Assembly (NCBI GenBank): GCA_965242965.1
Contig: OZ251518.1
Location: forward strand, 704,001 to 768,000
Source of the DNA: Candidatus Poribacteria bacterium
GTDB lineage: Bacteria; Poribacteria; WGA-4E; WGA-3G
Reading direction: 5' to 3'
Length of the DNA stretch: 64,000 bases
Each line of letters begins with the position of its first letter. The stretch's first letter is position 1. The notes below the pieces were generated by a model. It was not told where the DNA came from. It worked only from the letters and a program-made list of their open reading frames with translations, and searched no databases. The position numbers and the translations under genes are program-made. This document shows, piece by piece, positions 57,256 to 64,000 of the stretch.

Positions 57256-59034
57256 ATGCCTGTTAAACCGGTGCCCCGTTCAACCGGCAGTTGCTTCATC
57301 GCCTCATGTTTATCGGCGATGCTGCCAGGGCTTGGACAACTCTACTTGTCACAATTCGTGAAAGGCGCGGTGTTGCTCTTTGTTTTCGGCACCGCCGCCG
57401 GGCTCTTCTACATCAATTCGCTACCCGTGACAGAATGGCGCGATTTATTGCGATTCCAACCTCCCCCAGTAGCCGAGACCTCGGGGGAAGCCGATGACGA
57501 GCCAGAGGAGACTGGCTACGCCATTCACCTCTGGACGTTTGACGATGGCGAAAAGTTGATGTTTCGGCCCCTCTGGTATCTGAAGATCAGCGCGCTCATT
57601 CAGGCTGGGCTCTGTTGGCTGTATGCTGTCCTCAATGTATGGAGCGGACGGAGCGGTGATCCCGGTGAACCGCGACAGCGCGGGCGCGCCTACCTCATCC
57701 CTATTTTAATGTGTCTCGCCGTATTCGCGCTCGGCTGCCAAGATATGGGAAACCGAGGGCTCGGAAAGGCAGAAAAACTTCTGCAAACCGGGATGTCGCA
57801 GGAAGCCGCTGATCAGTTAGAGGCGTTCATTGCAGCCCAACCAGAACATCCAAAGGCACGAATGTTGCTCGGTGAGGCTTACGATGAACTGGGCCGCTAT
57901 AACGATGCGCTGGAGCAGTTCCGGATGGCATCGCAACTTTATGTGGCGCAACCGACGGAACGGGTGGAAGCGCGCTTGCGTTTGGCACGCACCTACCTCA
58001 AGTTCGGCGATAGAGACTCCGCTTTTCAGGTTCTCCGGCTCATCCTACACGGCACATCAGATGCCGATGTCTTGCGCGATATCACGTCCCTCGTCGGTGA
58101 TAGTTACCGGGCGAAGCAGTTGACTCACGGCGACTCCGACAACTATTCGCCTACCTTTTCGCCGGACGGCACACAGATTGCCTTCGCATCGTTCCGGCTG
58201 GACAACGGCGAAATCTATCTGATGGATTTAAACGGGCGCATCCGCAAGCGCGTCACCTTCACCACCGATTTTAACGATAGTTCGCCGGCGTTCCTGAAAG
58301 CACCCAACCATCTCTTCTATAGCAGTGCGCCGAAGTCTTCACGGGAAGTGAAGGTGCTTCTCCAGAGCAGCGGCTCAACGCCGATTTATTCCGCGTTTAA
58401 CGTGACGCACATTCATAGTAAGGTGACCCGGGCCGTTTTGCCGATGAGTTTCGGTGCGCGTGTGCCGCGCGCATCCCCTACCGCAAATCAGGTAGTTTAC
58501 GAATCGAACGCCGATGGCAACCTTGAGTTGTATCTGCTTAATCTAGATGGGCTTGACCTGGGTAAAATCACCCCCGAGCAAGTTCAGCCGAAACGCATCA
58601 CTATCAACGAAAGGGACGATGGCAGTCCGGCATTCTTTCCCGATGGCAAGCGAATTATCTTTGTCTCCTCAAGGAATGAGTCCCCAGGAAATGAGGTCTA
58701 CCAACTCTACACGATAGACATTGATGGGAAAAACGAGAGGCATTTCAACCCGAACCGTTACGATTGCTATAATCCCACCGTATCCCCCGATGGCAAGACG
58801 ATTGCGTATGTCTGGGCGCGGGATGGTGACATGGAGATTTACCTCATCGATGCCGATGGCAAGAATGCGCGGCGGGTAACTGGCGATATCGGTGTATCCA
58901 TTCATCCTGCCTTCTCGCCTGATGGCCGCCACCTCGCTTTCGTTTCAGATAGAAGTGATACGTTTCACATCTACCTGATGTCATTTGATGAACCTGTCAC
59001 ACGTGAGGAGTTAGTCGCGCGGTTGCAACGGTAA
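57256..59034 (+). CDS. Membrane protein with TPR repeats and a TolB-like (PD40) beta-propeller
   Basis: N-terminal LSAMLPGLGQLYL TM module, TPR helices and repeated P.FSPDG..IAF/IAY motifs. Confidence 0.85.
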   Translation: MPVKPVPRSTGSCFIASCLSAMLPGLGQLYLSQFVKGAVLLFVFGTAAGLFYINSLPVTEWRDLLRFQPPPVAETSGEADDEPEETGYAIHLWTFDDGEKLMFRPLWYLKISALIQAGLCWLYAVLNVWSGRSGDPGEPRQRGRAYLIPILMCLAVFALGCQDMGNRGLGKAEKLLQTGMSQEAADQLEAFIAAQPEHPKARMLLGEAYDELGRYNDALEQFRMASQLYVAQPTERVEARLRLARTYLKFGDRDSAFQVLRLILHGTSDADVLRDITSLVGDSYRAKQLTHGDSDNYSPTFSPDGTQIAFASFRLDNGEIYLMDLNGRIRKRVTFTTDFNDSSPAFLKAPNHLFYSSAPKSSREVKVLLQSSGSTPIYSAFNVTHIHSKVTRAVLPMSFGARVPRASPTANQVVYESNADGNLELYLLNLDGLDLGKITPEQVQPKRITINERDDGSPAFFPDGKRIIFVSSRNESPGNEVYQLYTIDIDGKNERHFNPNRYDCYNPTVSPDGKTIAYVWARDGDMEIYLIDADGKNARRVTGDIGVSIHPAFSPDGRHLAFVSDRSDTFHIYLMSFDEPVTREELVARLQR

Positions 59035-59056
59035 TTCACACATCGCTCCCAGTATC

Positions 59057-59745
59057 TGTAGTTCGGGAGCGCCCGCTCCCGAACGGGTCAGGATCAGGCG
59101 ATCCTGAACTACAGGGGGGATGCGGTCTGCTGGCAAAACGATGGCGAGGGACAGGCCCTCGCCCTACGGTGTAGGGGCGGCGTTTTTTCCCGTAGCGCGG
59201 GGGCCTGTCCCCCGCGATGGTTCAAGAACCGTTTTTTATCGTAGCGCGGGGGCCTGTCCCCCGCGATCGTTGGAGTGCGCGGACGATGTCGAGACCAGGA
59301 GGTCTCTCCTATCGGGGACATCGTCAAGCGACGTTTTTCCCGTAGCGCGAGCGATGGCGAGGGACAGGCCCTCGCCCTACGGTGAAGGGGATGCGTTTTT
59401 TTATCGTAGCGCGGGGGCCTGTCCCCCGCGATTGTTGGAGTGCGCGTGCATGCAGCATGGCGAGGGACAGGCCCTCGCCCTACGTGAAAGGGCGGCGTTT
59501 TTTTCACCGTTACCAGAAGGCATCGGGCCCACTGTAGTTCGGGAGCACCTGCTCCCGAACGGGTCAGGATCAGGCGATCCTGAACTACAGAGGGGATGCG
59601 GTCTGCTGGCAAAACGATGGCGAGGGACAGGCCCTCGCCCTACGGTGAAGTACCGTTTTTTTCAAGAGAAAGAGCGACGTTTTTCCCGTAGCGCGAGCGA
59701 TGGCGAGGGACAGGCCCTCGCCCTACGGTGAAGTACCGTTTTTTT
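59057..59745. repeat. REP mosaic with internal duplications
   Basis: The GTAGTTCGGGAGC...GATCCTGAACTAC block occurs twice, with multiple doublets. Confidence 0.88.
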
Positions 59746-59768
59746 TTTCGGATAAACAGGAACCAAAA

Positions 59769-60740
59769 ATGCCAAACATGATTCGCGTAACAAAACCCGA
59801 AGGATTCGGCAACATCCAACTCGAAGAAGTGCCGATACCCCCAATAACCGCGCGCCAACTCCGCGTCAAAACCGATACGACGTTAATTAGCCGCGGCTCT
59901 GAACTCTTTCGGCGATACATCCGCGAAGAGGCTGTCTCTCCCGCAATTATGGGATATTCCCTCACCGGCGTAGTGAACGAAATCGGTGCCGAGGTAACAG
60001 GCTATCACGTCGGCGCGCGCGTCATGGCGGTGGCACCGCACGCGCAATATGCCATCGCAGAACCTAATGATACCGATGGCCGCATCGTCCCCCTTCCCGA
60101 CGATGTCTCCTTTGAAGAGGGGACATTTTTGCCGCTGGCGACAAGCGCAGTCGCTTGGGCTGATTCGTCCGGTGTGAAGCCCGGCGATACCGTCGTTATT
60201 TTAGGACAAGGCTTAGTCGGCAGCCTGATGCTGCAAGTCATGCGCGGTTATCAGCCGGCGCGTATTATCACCGTTGACGCGCTCCCGTTCCGCTGTGAGA
60301 TGTCGCTTAAACTCGGCGCGGATGCCACTGTTAACGCTAGTGACGAATCCCCAGTTCAAGCTGTGCGTCGCCTCACCGATGGAAAAGGCGCGGAATTAGT
60401 CATAGACTGCGTCGGTGGTTACGCCGGTGTCAAATCGTTTCCGCAGGCACAGGAAATGACGCGGCGAATGGGCACAATCCAACTCATCGCGCTTTATCAG
60501 CAAGCACCGCTTACGTTAGATGCGTCAAAGATGATGAGCAAACGTCTCGTCGCCGGTATCTTGACAGAGGAACCGCGTTCACAAATTGCGGCGCGTGCCT
60601 TGCGGAAAATCCAGAACGGCGAAATCCGTGCCGCCGAGATGATCACGCATCGGTTTCACTACACCGAAGCGAAAGCGGCGTTTGACTTACTCTGGAACTC
60701 ACCCGGCGATGCCCTCGGAGTCCTTATCAAATGGGAGTAG
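59769..60740 (+). CDS. MDR/zinc-binding alcohol dehydrogenase family protein
   Basis: ISRGSE, GYSLTGVV, VVILGQGLVG, VIDCVG, ITHRF. Confidence 0.88.
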   Translation: MPNMIRVTKPEGFGNIQLEEVPIPPITARQLRVKTDTTLISRGSELFRRYIREEAVSPAIMGYSLTGVVNEIGAEVTGYHVGARVMAVAPHAQYAIAEPNDTDGRIVPLPDDVSFEEGTFLPLATSAVAWADSSGVKPGDTVVILGQGLVGSLMLQVMRGYQPARIITVDALPFRCEMSLKLGADATVNASDESPVQAVRRLTDGKGAELVIDCVGGYAGVKSFPQAQEMTRRMGTIQLIALYQQAPLTLDASKMMSKRLVAGILTEEPRSQIAARALRKIQNGEIRAAEMITHRFHYTEAKAAFDLLWNSPGDALGVLIKWE

Positions 60741-61291
60741 AAGAAATTACATTTGATACCGAATTGCGCGGCATGCCGATGCGTTTTTCAGCAACGTGGG
60801 GACTTTTCTCGCCGAGAGGCATTGACGCTGGCACGCAGTTGCTCATCGAATATCTTGATGTTCGAGAAGGCGATACCTGCCTTGATTTGGGCTGCGGCTA
60901 TGGTGTCATCGGTATTACCATGGCGAAGTGCGCGCCGACAGCGAATGTCTATATGGTGGACAAAGATTTCGTCGCGGTAGACTATGCGCGCAGGAACGTT
61001 AAGCAAAACGGACTTCAGAATTGTCACGTCTTTTTGAGCAATGGGTTTAGCCATCTCCCTGATATCCGGTTTGATGTCATCGCGTCTAATCTGCCTGCGA
61101 ATGTCGGCAAGGAGCTCTTACACATTTTTTTTACCGATGCGAAAACGCGGCTGAAACCGGGTGGTAGGTTTTATGTCGTTACTATCTCTGGGCTTCGTGA
61201 GTTTATCAAGCGACATTTTCGGGACATTTTCGGGAACTATCGCAAACTGAAACAGCGGCACACGCATACGGTTGCGATGGCAGTTGTGTAA
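60731..61291 (+). CDS. Class I SAM-dependent methyltransferase (MTS/RsmC-like small domain)
   Basis: GLFSPRGIDAGTQLL, LDLGCGYGVIG, SNLP. Confidence 0.88.
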   Translation: MGVEEITFDTELRGMPMRFSATWGLFSPRGIDAGTQLLIEYLDVREGDTCLDLGCGYGVIGITMAKCAPTANVYMVDKDFVAVDYARRNVKQNGLQNCHVFLSNGFSHLPDIRFDVIASNLPANVGKELLHIFFTDAKTRLKPGGRFYVVTISGLREFIKRHFRDIFGNYRKLKQRHTHTVAMAVV

Positions 61292-61707
61292 TATAAAATT
61301 CATGGGATTTCCGCAGCCGTTCCGCTATTCGTAGGGCGAGGGCCTGTCCCTCGCCATGCTGCGATCGCGGAGGACAGGCCCCCGCGCTACGGTTTGCAAG
61401 GCCGCCTCCGTTTCACCGTAGGGCGAGGGCCTGTCCCTTGCCATGCTGTGATCGCGGGTGCCCCGTTCGGGATCAGGCGATCCCGAACTACAGTGTCTGT
61501 TTCTCGCCATTTGACGCTCGCGGGGGCCTGTCCCCCGCGCTACGGTATCCCGAGCGGCTTCTTTTACCGTAGTGCGAGGGCCTGTCCCTCGCCATGTTTC
61601 GGTGCGCGAAGGCCTCGCGGGGGACAGGCCCCCGCGCTACGTGCGATACCGTATCTGTTCCGTAGTGCGAGGGCCTATCCCTCGCCGTGTGTTTTTTTAT
61701 TCTAAAT

Positions 61708-61736
61708 TTGACATCGGCGGAGATATTGGGTATAAT
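61708..61736 (+). promoter_or_regulatory. Perfect consensus sigma70 promoter
   Basis: TTGACA-N17-TATAAT upstream of RBS AAGGAG and ATG 61785. Confidence 0.8.
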
Positions 61737-61784
61737 TAACGTAGTTCGAAATGCACACCCAACTATACAAAAGGAGACACACTC

Positions 61785-63287
61785 ATGCAATTCGCAAAAT
61801 TTTATCTGCTGTGCTGCTTCGTTACAGTATGGATTGTAGCGATGGCGGCGGCAACGGCACACGCAGCAGACCAGGGGCAAAATGCCTTTCAAAAAATGTC
61901 ACAATACCCGCGAGAACATTGGCATAACATCACCCTCATGGGCACCAAGATCGGCTATATGCATACCTATCGTGGAAACGCCGTTTATCAAGGCGAAGCC
62001 GTACAGCGCAGCAAAGTTGATATGGTGATGAGCCTGAAAGGATTCGGGACAGACGTGAAGATTGAGACGACGCGTCTTGAATACATCGGCGCAGATCTGG
62101 TGCCGCGCTACTTTCTTTCAACCTCTAATGAAGCCGGTTCAAAACAGCTGGAAGGCAGGATTGTAGACGGTGTCGCCTACATCAAGGTGACGCTCAACGG
62201 AGAAACGATGGAAACCGAAACCCCTATCCCACCAGAAACAGTTTCCGAATTCATGTTCGCAGGCGCGCTGTTGTCTCAAAAACCGATTCGCATCGGCGAT
62301 AAAAAGACCTTTCAGGTGTTCAACTCCGATCTCCTCAAAACAGTCAAGACAGAACTTGAAGTCATCGCCGAAGAAACCTTAACCTATCAGGGAGAGGAGA
62401 AACAGGTTTACGTCCTCAAGCAGAAAACCGATGTGATGGGCGGCATTACCGCACAAGTATGGATGGACAGCGATGTGGTAATCTACCGCACCGAAGTGCC
62501 GTTAATGGGACTCTCCATGGCGATGACGAAAACCGACAGAGAAACCGCGCTCGGCGACATTGGAGAGGTTGACATCATTCTGCGAACCCGTATCCTCCCT
62601 GGCGGTAAACGTCCAACGCCGGAAGCAGAACGCCTCGTCGCCTATATCAAACTCACTGAAGGTAGCATCGCCAAAGCGGTGATGTCTACTGCCTTCCAGC
62701 AACTCGCGGTTACCTCGGAACAGGCAGGCACCCTTTCAATTCAGGTGCCGACAATAGATGCAGAGAGTTGTCCTGATTTACCGATTCAGGACGAAGAAAG
62801 CGCGTTTCTCGGTTCAAGTGCCTATATTCAGACAGGCCACCCCGAAATCCACGCGAAGGCAGTCGAAATTTTAGCAGGCGAAACCAATTCATGGCGTGCA
62901 GCAGAACAGTTGTGCAAATGGGTTTACACCGCCATCACCGATAAAACATTGAGCGGCGGCTTCAACTCCTCACTGACAACGTTAGGTTCACGTTCCGGGG
63001 ATTGCACGGAGCATACCGTGCTGTTTATCGCGCTGGCGCGTTCGGTCGGCATTCCAGCACGAATCTGTTCCGGACTCATCTTCTCGCGGGATGCGTTCTA
63101 TTACCACTTCTGGCCCGAGGTCTACGTAGGACGCTGGGTGCAGATGGATCCGACGCTAGGACAGACTCTCGCCGATGCAAATCACATCCAACTCGGTGGT
63201 GGCACTGTGGAGTCGGATACGCTGCTAGAATTCGCGGAAGGTGTCTTTCGGACGCTGAATCAATTGGAAATTGTCGTCATTGAATAA
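61785..63287 (+). CDS. Secreted transglutaminase-like domain protein
   Basis: Signal peptide; catalytic triad in GDCTEH, YHFWPEVY and MDPT. Confidence 0.88.
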   Translation: MQFAKFYLLCCFVTVWIVAMAAATAHAADQGQNAFQKMSQYPREHWHNITLMGTKIGYMHTYRGNAVYQGEAVQRSKVDMVMSLKGFGTDVKIETTRLEYIGADLVPRYFLSTSNEAGSKQLEGRIVDGVAYIKVTLNGETMETETPIPPETVSEFMFAGALLSQKPIRIGDKKTFQVFNSDLLKTVKTELEVIAEETLTYQGEEKQVYVLKQKTDVMGGITAQVWMDSDVVIYRTEVPLMGLSMAMTKTDRETALGDIGEVDIILRTRILPGGKRPTPEAERLVAYIKLTEGSIAKAVMSTAFQQLAVTSEQAGTLSIQVPTIDAESCPDLPIQDEESAFLGSSAYIQTGHPEIHAKAVEILAGETNSWRAAEQLCKWVYTAITDKTLSGGFNSSLTTLGSRSGDCTEHTVLFIALARSVGIPARICSGLIFSRDAFYYHFWPEVYVGRWVQMDPTLGQTLADANHIQLGGGTVESDTLLEFAEGVFRTLNQLEIVVIE

Positions 63288-63288
63288 T

Positions 63289-63550
63289 TGAGGGGTGTTT
63301 CATAAATCGTTCAACTAGGAGATATCGCTTGCATCGAGACCGGAAGGCATTGGGCCCACCTCTGTAGTTCGGGATCGCCTGATCCCGAACGGGTCAGGAT
63401 CAGGCGATCCTGACCTACAGGGGTGACACGGTTTGGCAGCCAAACGCATGGCGAGGGACAGGCCCTCGCCCTACGGTGAAGGGGCCCGTTTTTTCCCGGA
63501 AGGACGAAAAGAATATCCTCAAAAACGTAGTCATTGACAACGTCAATGAC
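63289..63550. repeat. MITE-like left end, REP hairpins and a GTAGTCATTGACAACGTCAATGAC palindrome
   Basis: GAGGGGTGTTTCATAAATCG directly after the stop codon; perfect 9-bp inverted repeat at 63530-63550. Confidence 0.75.
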
Positions 63551-63614
63551 GGACCTGGCAAGAAAACTTTATTGATAAAGTAACGCTGTCCGAACGCCTT
63601 GCGAACAACAAAAA

Positions 63615-64000
63615 ATGGCATTTCTTAATCCACTTTTCCTCTTTGGACTACTCGCCGCCGGCATTCCATTGCTTATCCATCTCTGGAATCGCCGGCGCGT
63701 GGTGACAATAGATTTTAGCAGCCTAATGTTCCTCGTAGCGGCGCATCGCCAAAATGTCCGCCGCGTCCAACTCAAAAACCTCCTGATTCTGCTCCTGCGG
63801 ATGCTCATCATCGCGCTTATCGCATTAGCGTTAGCGCGTCCGTTTTTAACGCTAGGTTTACCGCTGTCCGCTGTCCGCGCGAAAACCGATGTCGTCGTTA
63901 TCCTAGACAACTCCTACAGCATGGCGTATGAAGGCGTTGACGGCGTGGCGTTTGAAAAGGCGAAGGCGTTAGGCACCGAAGTTCTCCGCTCCCTCCGGCA
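63615..64000 (+). CDS. BatA-domain/vWA protein, 3' end outside window
   Basis: MAFLNPLFLFGLLAAGIPLLIHLWNRRR..FSSLMFL..LLLRML..ALARP..VVILDNSYSM. Confidence 0.88.
   Translation, partial: MAFLNPLFLFGLLAAGIPLLIHLWNRRRVVTIDFSSLMFLVAAHRQNVRRVQLKNLLILLLRMLIIALIALALARPFLTLGLPLSAVRAKTDVVVILDNSYSMAYEGVDGVAFEKAKALGTEVLRSLR

Noticed and set aside
297-63621. Many short ORFs containing ARGPVPR, RRARACPSP, MARDRPSPY, GTGPRAT or ETRRSLL
   Set aside because: They are translations of the intergenic hairpin repeats in various frames and lack RBSs or domain motifs.
1-64000. rRNA, tRNA, transposase or prophage genes
   Set aside because: None recognised by eye; a covariance-model scan would be needed to exclude small RNAs.

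Overview
GC-rich (~57%) bacterial window most consistent with Candidatus Poribacteria or a close relative. The taxon is inferred from the LamG and lamin-tail proteins ending in a VxP...T(W/F)GxxK motif, a C-terminal ETALLPNYPNPFNPETWIPY domain, a PhyH dioxygenase and many sugar oxidoreductases. It has four parts. (1) 0.7-21 kb: carbohydrate uptake and catabolism genes (sugar ABC transporter, two Gfo/Idh/MocA dehydrogenases, two TIM-barrel isomerases, a UxuA-like dehydratase, LamG, betagamma-crystallin and DUF5916 proteins), interrupted by an MNT-HEPN gene and an ATPase-nuclease pair. (2) 21.5-30 kb: an accessory block with an AAA-nuclease, a PIN toxin-antitoxin pair, a second MNT-HEPN gene and duplicated coiled-coil membrane genes. 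(3) 30.4-56.2 kb: a 7077-aa cadherin/FN3 giant surface protein and a 1221-aa lamin-tail protein. (4) 56.9-64 kb: mixed housekeeping and envelope genes. Almost every intergenic region is a mosaic of GTAG-anchored REP-like hairpins, an AGGTCC/CTATAG hairpin element and TIR-bounded MITE ends, yet no transposase lies in the window. The main hypotheses are an integron-like array of REP-delimited gene cassettes behind a duplicated consensus promoter, a poly-C phase switch ahead of the giant adhesin, in-frame REP insertions in that adhesin, a MITE with an 8-bp target duplication carrying REP cargo, and in-frame MNT-HEPN fusions that keep an internal start. All calls come from reading the sequence; no database searches were run.
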